Positions 1-13,208 of a DNA stretch of 64,000 nucleotides are shown here, one piece after another; within the stretch, counting starts at the first letter, position 1, and every line of letters starts with the position of its first letter. The translations under genes and the position numbers were made by a program. Where the stretch lies: positions 10,168,001 to 10,232,000 of the forward strand of contig JBHGNT010000020.1 in assembly GCA_043228905.1 (NCBI GenBank), in the 5' to 3' direction. Below the pieces are notes generated by a model. That model saw nothing but the letters and a program-made list of their open reading frames with translations. It was not told where the DNA came from and made no database searches. This DNA is from Azolla caroliniana. Its lineage: Eukaryota > Plantae > Polypodiophyta.

Positions 1-2
1 TT

Positions 3-541
3 GGTTACAATCTTCACCCAACTGAGTGGATAGAACAACAAAAAAATACAACACGAAGGAACCTAATACATATGGACAAGAGAGGTGATGTACAGTCATG
101 GGTTCTTGATAGCACGAACAACCCCTCACAGATCTCTGTCTTCTCTTCTGTAGAACACTCTTGCTCTTGCTCTCGTACTCTGGCACTCTGTCTCTTCGTT
201 TGTTGTTTTTCTTCTCTCTTTTCTCACTTTTCTATTTTCTCAGTTGTTCACACATCTGTGTATTCACCGTTCTCTCTCTTGTTTTGTGTTCTTTCTTTTC
301 CTTTTATATGAGTGTCCTCTCCCAGTCACACATTTTTCTTTTGTGTAACATTTCTTTTTTAATCTGGTTTCACACACACATGTATGTATATATTTATAAA
401 TAAATATAACAATTACTTTTTGGACCTTTAGCTGATTCGGCACTCAACTAGCTCCCAACTAGTAGTTGGCTCTCAGCCCTCAACCAGCTCTCAGCCGGCT
501 CTAGGCACTCAACCAACCCTAGATAAGCTTGTAGTGTAACA
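3..541 (-). mobile_element. Possible solo LTR / LTR fragment
   Basis: Minus strand begins TGTTACACTAC (541) and ends ...TTGTAACC near the window start. It has a TATA-like TATTTATAAATA and short GGCACTCAAC-type repeats (435-520). No TSD can be tested at the window edge. Confidence 0.35.
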
Positions 542-567
542 ACTTACCAATAAGGTAAACTAATTAC

Positions 568-571
<4 letters not shown>

Positions 572-608
<37 letters not shown>
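572..608. repeat. (GA)n microsatellite
   Basis: Direct inspection. Confidence 0.95.
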
Positions 609-610
<2 letters not shown>

Positions 611-2835
611 ACTTAGTCCATTGTTGTTTTCTATTGTTTCTAATCCCTTGTTGCAACTAATGGTGACATTATGGACCATGCACCTTCCATCTAGGTGAAG
701 CTAGTAGCGCAACCTTTGACAAATGATTATTTCATGATTCTACATGTCTAACATGAGAAAAAGAAGGGATGCTTGTATGGAACCAGTTTGCATTGACATC
801 CGGATTGCACATTAATTAGAGGATGTCTAATTTCATCTAATGTACTAAGAGGGGTTTGGAATGTCAAGGATGACAAGGCTTAGTTAGGGAAGGAAGGCTC
901 TATTTTTTTCCACTTGGGATATCGATTAGAATGGATGACATGGATGGCCAATTGATTAAATGGATGACAAGCTAGCTGAGGGATAAGTTCATGAATTCGA
1001 AGTCGCTACCTTAGCCATTTCATGTATGGGTGAAAGCCATACAATTTGTTATGGACCCCATGATGTTATATGATTTGTCACTACAACCATAGACAAATAA
1101 GGCTTTGCAGTCCATTTTGCAATCTCTTCTCATAGAGAAAGAATGATAAGATGGGAAACACATGGATTGTGTGAACCATCTAGCAACCCTTAAGTGCTTG
1201 GGGTGAGTTGAAATGTAAAACGAAAGAAGCTAAAAGTTTGTAGTTTTTTATGTTACTTAAAGAGTCTCTTCATTAACTTTTCTCTTAGGCTTTCCTATCT
1301 CTCGCTCACTTCTCATAAATATTAAACTTGGGAACTGGGTTGGGTATTGATGCCCATGCTTGTGTTGTGGGAAAGGTGACAAAAGGGAAGATAAATGCAA
1401 ATAACAAGAAGCCAACGCCAATTACCATGCCTTTGATATTGTAAATGCAAGCACAAATCACCATCATAGATGACAAACCATGATCACACACTTCAATAAA
1501 TTAGTACTCTTAAGTAATATGGGATGGGGAAGAGGAAGATATCCTTATTGAGAACCTAGAAAAGATGTCCGTAAATTGCAAGCTCGGAGTCGAGGAAATC
1601 ACTCTTTACTCACAGATTCCCCCAGAAATTGGGATTACTTACACCCAATGAAAAGAGGGCTTGATGAGAATCCACAATGGCAAAAGGTCGAAAAAGGCAA
1701 ACAAAAGGAAAATTGCATAATTCCATATGAGCACATGACACCTAATAAATGCTTAAGATGTGTTGACACAATTTGAGCTACCTAGTACCTACTAATGACA
1801 TACTCATTATGGACATTTGAGCATGCATTGTAGATGCAACCATGACCAAATGGAATGACCATGCTAGGACCAAGAACTTGCATTACTATTACACCCACAT
1901 AAATCCAACATGTTGTTACACCTAAAGGAAATGATGGGATGCAACTAACCACGAGTTATGAAGGAACGTGTAATAATGTGATAAAGAGGAATGTTTAATA
2001 ATATCATCATGGACACCACATAAACAGTATAGGCACTCATACCATACAAGTTTTTAAAAATTTTGAAAGAGAGGGAATGGCAAGACATGTAGAAAACAAA
2101 CATGGGAAAATAAAAAGAAGCAATTACTCAGTGACGCATAATAATTGTCATTCGAACTACATTATTTTCCAAGTTCATTAGTAGGGAAAAGTGAAGAATA
2201 TCAAAGGATCACAACTAAAAGTTTTTCATACTGAAACCATGACTTCCCACTCATTTTCAAAACATAGCTCCAACTATGTCCATGGAATTGAACTACGATG
2301 ATATGCCCTAAATATGACATTTTCCCAAGATTATTGCACTACATGATACTTGGTACTAAATCCACACACAAACATGACAATTAATCCAAGAAAATATAAC
2401 TCTCATAAGAGTACTCTTGCATAACCAAGTAACTAAAAGCATAGATGAGTTCCCACGCCTCACATTGGCAAGACAAAGGCTCCTATAGCCTTTTAGCCCT
2501 TTTGAGGCATGAGAAGGTTAAGAGCAAAGAAGCTTAGAAATTCCTTGTCTTGCCCTCTTATATGTAAAAACGCATACAACGGTTTTTGACTAAATCTCAT
2601 GTAGTGAGTGAGAATTTTAGTCAATACATCATAAACATTTACAAATGAATCAAAAGAAAGACAAACTATAAAACTAGAAACTATAGATCTCATTAGACTT
2701 AACCTTTTAACCCAAAACCAATGCCCCCTAAAGATTGTGATGGACCATAGAACCTCAGGTGTTGACTCTATTCAGGAGATATAACACTCTTATGTGTCTA
2801 TATCTCTATCATCAGCTGCACATGGAATCTATCTA

Positions 2836-5800
2836 TCACCTACCTAAAGAGGGATCACAAACAGGAGAATTTGGAAAATGGGCATCGCCACATTGTTTAG
2901 GCCTAGAAGATCGTACACTTACACCTTGACGAGGTTTAGGTAATGAAACTTGAGTATCCAACGTTTTCGTTGTGACACGATACCCTTGGTTACTACAAAA
3001 TGATGGTGACATAGAGTCTGAGTGCGTGTCTTCCGAAGCCCAAGATTTGGTCTTATGATCTGACTTTCTCGGATCAGGTGACAATGGATTTTCTTCAACT
3101 TCGTCTGGACTTCTACCCAAATGCAACGACTTCAAATTTGCACCAAGTGATGAGCTCAAAGTGGGAGTACTATTATAACCATCGCTCTTCGAAGAGTCAC
3201 AAGCATCAATATTTTTTGAGTGCCACCTAAGCCTTCTATATGGCTTGTGGTACCTATCGACACCGCCAATCATATAATTAGCTATTGTATCACTCACAGG
3301 TGAGCTCTGACTAAGCAAACTATAATCATCATCATCAATTTGTCTGCTTCCTACACAACCTCTGTGTGCTCTAATGCTCACCAATGCATGGGGAGCACTC
3401 GTTCGAGGTTCACAAGTATAAATATCCATTGATTTTGCATTAGGCATGTGGTTGTCTTGTTGGTTTTCATAATATGACAGCTTTCTTGCCGCTTCTTTAG
3501 CTTCCTTCTCCATATCAAAGGGCAAGTCATCACTTATATACTCATCAAATTGTGGCCATTTTGAGAAATTGTCATGTTTACCCAATTTCGGCATTTCCAA
3601 GTCATTGTCATGGTGATCATATCGTGACCCTTTCTGGTCATCCTCGTGCTTATCGAATTTCAGCATTTCTGACTCATCTTCATGCTCATCGAATTGTGGG
3701 TCATCCTTATGTTGATCAAATTTAGGCATTTCTGACTCGTCTTCATGTCTATCAAATTGTGGGTCATCCTTAGGTTGATCAAATTTAGGCAATTTTGAGT
3801 CATCCTCATCGGACTCGAGTTCACCAAATTTCGCTATTACTGAATCCTCCTCATGTATATCAAGTCTATGCAAATTTGACCCATCCTCATGCTCATCATC
3901 ATATTGAGGCATTTCTGAGAAATCTTCGCGTTTATCAAAATGATGCAACATTTCACCATCAAACTGAACTGTTGCCAAGACATCGGCATGATCTTCTTTC
4001 TCATTAAAAATATCATGCTCCAAATGTACACCATGTTTATTCCCATGCTCAGTATTCCTTAAAGAATGCTCTTCTAAATTGATACCTTCAGGACTACCTT
4101 CCTTAATTTCCTTACCATCTTTGGCATTTGGTGAACCAGCATTAGCCACATGAGAGCTACTTTGGTGAACTACTTGCAGCCTTTGTTCTTCCTTTTGGTA
4201 ATTTCTCTCTTTGGAGCACGTTTTAATCATAATCAAAACTGTTTTTGCTGCTTCAGCAGCCTCGGATGCGGATAAGAAAGCAACTCTCGCTGCCATTTCC
4301 GCATCTACAAACTCCGGATTGGCTTTTCCTCTCTTCTTCCACTCTCTTGTTCTATTCCCAATAGCTTGAGATTCATTCATTAACACATCACTTTCTGGTT
4401 TTAAAGGAGCCTCAAGGTTTCTCTTATTCAGATTGTCATCAGTGACACTCTCTTCAATATCTTGATCTAAGTTAGTTTTAGTTTCATCATTCATTGTTGC
4501 AAAAATTTCTCTATTAATAGTATCACTTGTAACTGTTGAAGTATATTGCCTTTCGGGTTTATCAATATCCAAAGAAGGAACAATTTTCTGATCATCAATC
4601 TTATCCACTGCCGAGACCAATTGGACTTCACTTGAGAAATGATGTGGTTCACTCTGGGAATTCAAGAATCACAATTACGGAAAGCTTTATTTGCCACCTA
4701 GCATCCATTGAATCTCAATAATATATCAAGAGGAGATATATTGAGCTTGCAAGTGAACTTACTTCCAATTTCGAAGTATTTAGAGTATCAATTTCATAAT
4801 TCCACTTCAGCTTGTATTCCTCAGCAACCTCCTTCAATAACCTTAGCTTTATCTCAGGCCTTGCAGGTTGTACTGATAATCTCTCTATAATCTACATAGT
4901 CAAATAATGAAAATATTAATACATAATATGCTTTGCTAATGTTGAATAAAGACTTTATTAATCTGTGCATAATAAGCATACTGTTATCTCAATGATTCAC
5001 TTATCTACATTTGTCAATAAGGCAATGAGCTACTATTCGACATTGTCATTCCGGCAAATCCTAGACAAATGAACTATTAACAAAATAAACTATTTATCTA
5101 GATAAATGAACTGCTAATATACATATACTGCAAAAAGCAAAGGGTTGAATGAATACTAAAATATACTTCAATAATTTACACAACCAAAGTCACAATAGAA
5201 GAAAAAGGAAATTAGCGCACCTGTGTATTAACTCTACAATCTGATCCGAAATCCTTTGCTACATGTAAAAATTCAGATCCATACTTTGACATAAATATTT
5301 TCTGGACTTTCTGCAATTCTTGTAGTTCAGTGCAATGTTCAGCAGCAAAAATCAAGCTTGCAATCGCTTCTTTCAAGTCGATCGGGCATTCTCTGAAATA
5401 TAAGTGGATTTATTATTTTTCGTACTTTCATACTTGTGACTTTTTAAGTAAAGTGCAACATGAAAGCATCATTGAATCTCGATACTAACCTATAATGTCG
5501 CCGAAGAATGTAGTTGGGAACTTATAGCAAGTGCAACATGATTAAATTATAAATCTGAAGACATATGAATCATAAATGTTTGTGTTTTTCAAAAGAGAAT
5601 GTGTATGTATATGCATGATTGCTTTGCATTTATAATTGTGAATCAAGCACGCTTCCTACAACACGTTGGGAAATCCTCTCAGTGGAACTGAATATTATTA
5701 TGTTTGATCATTGAGAACTTCATAATAAAGTTCGTCGTAAGAGCATTAGAAGTCAATATAGTTAATGTCTTTTGCTGCTTTCCTTTTATTTTTGAGCTTT

Positions 5801-6812
5801 AAAGAAAGGAATGTATTGAGATAAAGCGGAAACCAAATAAAATAAAATAATTTGAAATAAAAAGAAGAACAAGCAATACATACTTGTGTGATTTAATGGT
5901 TGCTAACTGGTCGATTGTAGTTTGACAATAGTGTTCTATTAAATCATATGCACATTTAGTGTTCACCTCTCTTAATAGGTGTTCAACCTATCATGTACAA
6001 AATACACCAACATGTATATACCCAAGATTACAAAACAAATTGAAAATTGTGATATGTACCTACCTATGTATATATGATAGGAACTCTTTTCACATACCAT
6101 TACAGTTGTGTTATTATAACTATCTCGGTCACTCTCAAGGACCTTTGCAATTGCGCCACGCAATTTATTGATGGAAATGGAGTTCTTATTCCTCAAAACT
6201 TTGATTCTTTGAATGGTAAGCTGCAGCAGAGTCTTGCTGTGAAAATAATAAATAAAAGGATAGCATTTTTATTACAAGATGTCACTTTTGAAAGGAATGC
6301 AATCCTAAACCATAATCGCTAAAACCCGAGGTTTCAATATCCAATCAGTTCTTCAAACTTCAAAATGCAATTGTAATGAATCCTAAAACCTTAAACTTCA
6401 TTATAGAATCAGTTCTCAAACTTCAAAACCCAAATGTAAAGAATTGTAAAACCTTAAAACTCAAACCTTAGACTTCAATATCCTTTTAGCTATGAATCCT
6501 AAACCTTAACCCCTAAAACCCTAAACTTCAATATCTAAATGCCTATTAATCCTAAGACCGTTATAATCCCTAAAACCTAGAACATGAATATCCATTTCCT
6601 TAAAGGTCCTGAAACCCTAAACCTCAATATCTATTTGTCTATGAATCCTAAACCCTAAACTTCAAGAGCCAATTGTCTATGAACCTTCAATGTCCAATGT
6701 GCTACAAATCCTAAACCCTAAACTTGACTATCCAATTGTCTACAAATCGTAAGAAGCTAAACTTCAATATCAATTAGTTAATGAATCCCAACGCCTTAAA
6801 CACTAACACTAA

Positions 6813-6845
<33 letters not shown>

Positions 6846-6897
6846 GATTCTCTTACCATTTTGCTGCATCAAATTTCCTCTTCAGGAAAGGGCTCAT
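2836..6897 (-). CDS. IST1-like protein (regulator of Vps4 activity in the MVB pathway) with long acidic C-terminal region
   Basis: Six phase-consistent GT-AG exons: 6897-6857, 6236-6098, 5987-5884, 5392-5221, 4891-4763, 4653-2836. Translation MSPFLKRKFDAAKCKTLLQLTIQRIKVLRNK...VEHLLRE...ECPIDLKEAIASLIFAA..C.EL.EL...KYG..F...RLS...P..KL.LLKEVAEEY matches the Ist1 domain. The later DAEMAARVAFLSASEAAEAAK motif is typical of plant IST1-like proteins. Confidence 0.9.
3595..3915 (-). repeat. Coding tandem repeat (about 21-aa unit SEMPKFDQHKDDPQFDEHEDE) in the IST1-like last exon
   Basis: Repeated P[KQ]FD-acidic units in the 609-aa ORF, with matching ~63-bp DNA repeats. Confidence 0.85.
6300..6810. 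repeat. Degenerate ~39-bp minisatellite containing telobox (AAACCCTA) motifs in IST1-like intron 1, followed by (AC)n
   Basis: Recurrent AATCCTAAACCCTAAACTTCAATATC-like units. Confidence 0.8.
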
Positions 6898-7085
6898 CCT
6901 CTGTAGGCCAACTCTTGTGTAAACCTTCTTCAAGCAAATCGAGAAATCTCTGTCTCTGTGTGTAACACACCAAAGAAAAGCTTAGAAAGGGCAGGGTAGT
7001 GAAACAAAAAAAAATGGAAAAAGAAAAGAAAAGAATTGTAACACTTGGCAATCCCTCACAAGAGCATGACCATTCTAAGGTCCAC

Positions 7086-7129
<44 letters not shown>

Positions 7130-7249
7130 CCTTTTCACACCTTTGGGTGCGTGTGGCGCTAGAAGAGAGAACGACCGGGTTCGCCGACTACTCGTCACAC
7201 TCGAGGCTTACTCACACACCACACGTGCGGAAGAAGGCACGTACCTGAT

Positions 7250-7665
7250 GAACCATTTCATGCTCATGCTCGTGATTGTGCTTCTGATTTTGCTTGTGAT
7301 TGTTCTTGTGATTTTGCTTATGACTTGTTCTTGTGATTATGCTTGTGATTGTGCTTGTGATTATGCTTGTGACTTTCCTTGTTATTGTGCTTTGTGCTTG
7401 TGCTTCTGATTGTGCTTTGTGATTTTCCTTGTTATTGTGCTTGAGATTTTGCTTGTAATTTTCCTCGTCATTGTGCTTGTGATTGTGCTTGTGATTGTGC
7501 TCGTGATTTTCCTTGTTATTGTGCTTGTAATTTTCCTCGTTATTGTGCTTGTGCTTATGCTAGTGCTTCTTATTGTGCTTGTGATTTTCCTTGTGATTGT
7601 GATTGTGATTGTGCTTGTGCTAGTGATTTTGCTTTTTATTGTGCTTGTGCTTGTGCTTGTGCGTG
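7250..7665. repeat. Degenerate hexamer/12-mer array (GTGCTT/GTGATT/TTCCTT)
   Basis: Direct inspection; it produces spurious V/L/I-rich ORFs. Confidence 0.9.
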
Positions 7666-10017
7666 GAGATATTTAATTTTACCAAACATACACAAAGATG
7701 AGTGTTCTCTACTTCTACAAACTCCAATTTTTTTTCTTCTTCTGAGTGATGAGCTATGAACATGCCTAGGATAGAGGGGCTTGTAATAGGTGGTTTGGTT
7801 TATTTAGATCTTTGTGTATATGTGGGTGTGAGAGAGATAGATAAATGATGTATGTAACCAAGTTGGTAAGTTTTTCAAACATATACAATAAGTCAATGTG
7901 TCCAATGCCTTAATTCATTTCGTTATGGCATGCATTAACCTAGTGAAGTTAGTTTGCAGTAAATGGGAAACTCAACCCTAAGTACAATAAACGGAGGAGA
8001 AAGGCCTATACGTCAAAATCCAACTTCTAATGGAAACGGAGTTTTGATAATCCACTTGTAATGAGGTGTTGTCCATAGTTCTTGTGTCTATCCAACTTCT
8101 ATTCCAATCATATAGGTTATTGCAAAAAATGATGTGTTTTAGAGGCTAATTAAAATGATCTTCCTTGGCATAGAATGAAAGCAAAGGCGGTGGTAGAAAG
8201 TTAGCGTTTGTGGGTGGAGGGCTTTTGAAATGTATAATCTAGAATCTTTTTCTGTCATTATCGAAGAATCGCCAACCTACACACATACCAAGATAAAGAC
8301 AAAAAGGAATATTAACTAGCTACTATTCAAATTTCAACATATAGATTGCTTATGAATGACATTTCGCAAATGGATTAGAAACATCATATTTAGGAATGGG
8401 TTCGTGTACATCTAAATGTAGTCCCGTAGTGTTTGTTCTCCCTAAGGTCACCTTTTCACTTCATGTAGCATATAGGGTTTACGATGTTACACGCAAACCA
8501 TATCTATCATGTGCTTCCTAAAGCACAACATGTAATAACATGCTTGTTGGTATGATGACCGACGGTCAACAGAGACACCTTGTTTGTGGGTTCTAGAAAC
8601 TACAAGGGTAAACTATCCAACAACCGAGTGCACTTTGTGATTGCATATTAAATCAATAGAATTAAATTTCATACCTCGATCATAAAAAAAAAACCTCGAG
8701 ATTGAACCCTTACAATGAGCTTTATATTTACTTTGATATACTATATGCATGAAAACTTTACAGCTAAACACCATATCCTAAACCAACCCTTGTACGAGCA
8801 TGTTACCATTGTTAACTATGGATTTTATTGATACAAGTGTGTTTGTGGTGCTTTTTTTTTTTTACTAGGAATTGGTTTTTCCACTTGATGTGACATTTGC
8901 TTCACCTTCAAGCATTCATAATAAATCATGATAAACCTTGACAAATATCATTTTAGTTCCTTTAGAGTACATTCCCAATAGTTCATTTAGTATGACAAAG
9001 TGTAAAAGGGTTCGCTATACAAGTAAGTGATAGTGGTATTGAAGGAGCTTTGTTTGTAAGGTTTAAAGAAGGTTGGGCCAAATCGATCATTGATCTCTCA
9101 TGTGCTTCCCATGCCATGCTAGCAACACCATTACCATTGGGTGAAGCATTGTACTCCGGAATGATAAAAACTTGCAAGGCAATGTTTTCGTTGAGAGTTT
9201 TCGAGGTGATCACTTGGGCGGGAAGCCTCAAAAAGAGGTTTCGGTTTTAAGCATAATTACCCCCATGGACCATTAAATATACTTTGTTACTGCGTCTACG
9301 ATGGTAACGAGATATTGAAACAAAGTTCAACTTAATTGTCTATGTTCTTATGTATAGCTCGTCTTGTCCCTTCAATATTTTAAAGTATTTAGAAATCGTA
9401 GACACATAAATAAAAGCAATAAATGACACATGGTACAAAACACTCCATGGGTGGACCTTTTATAGACCTTATCTTAGGCGATGCTTATAGTTTGGTAGTT
9501 GATAAATTATGTCAGTTGAAGCTATGGAGATAACATAAGATTGAACCAATCATAAGAATTTACATTGTTAAAACATGTTATAAATAATAGATAGCCATAC
9601 ATCGAGCGACTTACACCTATGATGCAATAAGGCATGATCATCAAAACAACGTAATGCAAAAACTAATCCACCTAATAGATATTTACAGAAACATTACATG
9701 CTTTTTCGTTCATTAACATCTCATATGTTTCAATTATCATGATCACTTACCATCATCCAAACAAAACCTGTTAGTATGAACTAACCAAGATCCAATGAAG
9801 TTCTCTACACATTATTGGTGTCATAATTACTTTAGAAGTATGACAAAGGGAACCATGCACACAATGTTTTTTAAAGATAATGTGACACGCACTTCTTGAT
9901 ATTGGAAATGTTGTATTCTTTTATGTATGTGCACATTCCTTGCGAGAATTAGATCAAGAGACAAGACATTTACACGTTTGGTCTCATAGGTCATATTTGA
10001 CCTCCAAAGACGATAAT

Positions 10018-10021
<4 letters not shown>

Positions 10022-10082
<61 letters not shown>
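10022..10082. repeat. (CT)n(CA)n compound microsatellite
   Basis: Direct inspection. Confidence 0.95.
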
Positions 10083-11015
10083 AACCATTAGTCATGTCAA
10101 AATAAATAGTCGTCACAAGCAGTGATCAGTTTGGATACTCCACTTTATCCATTAAACGAGAACAAATATGAAAGACCCCCTAATACCTATTAAACACATC
10201 CTTAGTAGAGCGCAATTACAATATTCAACCAACATTAACCAATATCCATTAATATAATATTGAGTCATTGTATCGTGGACACAAAATCCATTAGGAAAAT
10301 AATACTCAAAGCACTCTTTGCAAATTGGGCATTGCATAACTTAAACTCCTCGAGAAATATATTGTACAATGAAGTAATGGCTTTGAGGTTAATTGGTAAT
10401 CCACAAATTATTATATTATTGAGGTCATAGGGTTGATGTTCCCACAATTCGAACCTTGACTCTTGAGGCTCGACACTCAGTTATGAAACATATTCATGCT
10501 TTCTAGGAGCCTATAAATGTCTTGACAATACCCATTAGAACAAAAGAAAAAAGATGGCCTCCAAGATGAAAGCACATCAACCCATTAATACGTCTAAATA
10601 ATCTAAGAACAAAAACTGTTGCAAATGAAGGTTCCCCCCCACCCCCTCATATGTATTCAAAATATAAGTCTCAAACTACTAACAATGTTAGATGAAGTTC
10701 CTTTTAAGAGTGGGACAAGTTTCAGCCATCTTTGGTCTATGATAACGAGAAAGGATGTAATGTGTGCATTCTAGACTTCGAAGCCCAAGTCACATCACTG
10801 GGTAACATCTCTCCTACCTCAGTGTTAGATGGACGAGAATGCCTATTATTTCTACATTCTCAAGCTATGGCAATCCCCACATTGGATATGTGGTGTAGTT
10901 TCTATACGAGCACTAGACACGTGACATCATCTCCCTTATTGAGGATGGCCAAGAGTGGGCATTGCACTACGATGACACTCTTGATCATTACGTTCTTTGC
11001 CCATAACAATCACCA

Positions 11016-11891
11016 GCATCAAGTTGCATCTCTCCTTGGATATGTGGTGTAGCAACTATATCCTAACAACAAAAGCATGACATTGGGTCCCTTATTAGGG
11101 ATGGACCAGATTTGGGCATATCAACATTCTTGACTTCCGAGCAAGTTCCTCACTCAGGGGAATGAATGGATAGACAAACAACATACACACTCTATAGTCC
11201 AAGATGGATGAGAATTGACAATCATACATAGTAAATCTTTAGTAGTCCAAAGTAACAATCGGCAACAGTTTGGTTCGGTTCGAGAGTGTCAAACTCAAAC
11301 CATTTAAAACCTCATTGTTTAAAATTTTTGAAACCTAAACCAAGCTGAACTGAACCACGAACCCATTTAAACTGAACCGTCACAAAAAATTCAAGCTCAA
11401 ACCAAATGGTTTTAGAGACTTTCAAACCGTTAAACCGTTACAACCGATGTTTTGCATCAAGTTGCATCTCTCCTTGGATATGTGGTGTAGCGACTATATC
11501 CTAACAACAAAAGCATGACATTGGGTCCCTTATTAGGGATGGACCAGATTTGGGCATATCAACATTCTTGACTTCCGAGCAAGTTCCTCACTCAGGGGAA
11601 TGAATGGATAGACAAACAACATACACACTCTATAGTCCAAGATGGATGAGAATTGACAATCATACACAGTAAATCTTTAGTAGTCCAAAGTAACAATCGG
11701 CAACAGTTTGGTTCGGTTCGAGAGTGTCAAACTCAAACCATTTAAAACCTCATTGTTTAAAATTTTTGAAACCTAAACCAAGCTGAACTGAACCACGAAC
11801 CCATTTAAACTGAACCATCACAAAAAATTCAAGCTCAAACCAAATGGTTTTAGAGACTTTCAAACCGTTTAACCGTTACAACCGATGTTTT
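11016..11891. repeat. 438-bp tandem duplication (11016-11453 / 11454-11891)
   Basis: The copies differ at about 4 positions by eye. Each contains the left end of the hAT-like MITE. Confidence 0.95.
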
Positions 11892-12114
11892 CACGGTTCA
11901 GTTTTGGTTTTCAAGTTAGGTCAAAATTCAAAATTTCACATTGTAATTTAATAATGTTTAATTTTTAATTTTTTAATCCTTTTAAATTGTGGTTTCAAAC
12001 CGTTAACAGATAAAGGCTCAAATCGGTAAACCCTCGAACCGAACTGAACCGTTTAAATTGTTATGTCGTTAAGCCATGGATTCACGGTTCGGTTCGAACC
12101 GTTGCCGATTGTTA
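11691..12114. mobile_element. hAT-like non-autonomous element (MITE) in the ATPD promoter
   Basis: TIRs TAACAATCGGCAAC / GTTGCCGATTGTTA, many subterminal AACCG/CGGTT motifs, degenerate 8-bp TSD GTCCAAAG / ATCCAAAA. Confidence 0.8.
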
Positions 12115-12419
12115 ATCCAAAGTGTGGGAGCACGATTTGTGCTCTCAGGAACTTGTGGGGGGCTACTTTTGAGATTTTTACTGAATTTGACCCACAACCA
12201 AGAGAGAGGGGGGCAGGGGCATAACGTGTAAAAAAGGAAAACCTGATTTTTGGTTCCAATGAAAGGCTAGCATTTGTTATCTTGTTTGACATGAGACGAA
12301 AAACAAAGCAAAACTAAAACTAAAACTAAACAAAAAAAGAAGAAAAGAAAACCCAAGAAGAATCACTTCAGAGGAATCCCACACATTGTAGAAAAGAAGA
12401 AGAAGAAGAAGAAGCTGCC

Positions 12420-13208
12420 ATGGAAGCTCTATCACATTCACACCCATCAAGCTTCCATCACTCTTCTTCTTCCTTTTCTTCATCGGATCTACGCGGCACC
12501 CGTAACAACTACATTCGCTTGGGGCGCGACAACATTACCTTCTTCCATGGCTCCTCTAACCTCACCCTAAAGGTAAATGGGGACACTTGCCCTTCTTCTC
12601 CAAGGAGGAGGAGACCCATTGTTCGGGAAATTGTCGTGATGAGCCATAGTGCGGCCGCGGGTGGCTATGCGGCCGCATTGGCCGAGACCGGCCGGTCCCA
12701 AAATGTCCTAGACACCATCAATTCCGACATCCACAACCTCGGCTCTCTCTTGAATGACCCCAATCTCCACTCCTTCCTAGTCAATCCGACGGTCCTCGAC
12801 CAACACAAGAAGAGTGTGTTGGAAACCCTAGCCCGAAAAGCGGGCTTCTCCCCTTACACTCTCAACCTGCTTAACCTAATTGTCGATCGCAAGCGGACCA
12901 AGATCCTCAAAGATATAGTAGCCAAATTCGAGGAGCTCTACGACGAGATGACCGATACCGAGGTCGCCATTGTGACTTCGGCCGTGAAGATCGAGACGGC
13001 CCGGCTCGCGGAAATCGCGAAGAAGGTCCACAACCTCACGGGAGCCAAGAATGTGAGGATGAAGAATATCGTCGACGCCTCTCTTGTGGCTGGGTTCGTA
13101 GTTCGGTTCGGCAAGGACGGGTCCCGATTCGTCGATATGAGTGTCAAGAGCCAACTCGCCCGTATCGCCCAAGAGATAAGCTCAGTCGAATCGGCCATCA
13201 CAGTGTGA
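12420..13208 (+). CDS. ATPD: ATP synthase delta chain, chloroplastic (CF1 delta)
   Basis: Intronless 262-aa ORF with a Ser/His-rich transit peptide, then GYAAALAE, FLVNP, NLLNLIVDRKR, EVAIVTSAVKIE, NVRMKNIVDASLVAGFVVRFG, VDMSVKSQL (OSCP/delta family, plastid type). Confidence 0.95.
   Translation: MEALSHSHPSSFHHSSSSFSSSDLRGTRNNYIRLGRDNITFFHGSSNLTLKVNGDTCPSSPRRRRPIVREIVVMSHSAAAGGYAAALAETGRSQNVLDTINSDIHNLGSLLNDPNLHSFLVNPTVLDQHKKSVLETLARKAGFSPYTLNLLNLIVDRKRTKILKDIVAKFEELYDEMTDTEVAIVTSAVKIETARLAEIAKKVHNLTGAKNVRMKNIVDASLVAGFVVRFGKDGSRFVDMSVKSQLARIAQEISSVESAITV

Noticed and set aside
4654-4665. TTG start of the 609-aa ORF as an independent gene
   Set aside because: It is the last exon of the IST1-like gene; the acceptor CCCAG precedes 4653.
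6300-6810. True telomeric array / chromosome fusion site
   Set aside because: CCCTAAA motifs are embedded in a longer degenerate unit inside an intron, not a contiguous heptamer array.
7143-7676. Hydrophobic V/L/I-rich ORFs resembling membrane peptides
   Set aside because: Translation of a hexamer tandem array; no support for a gene.
12420-13208. Horizontal or recent organelle transfer suggested by high GC and lack of introns
   Set aside because: Nuclear, intronless ATPD with a transit peptide is normal in land plants.
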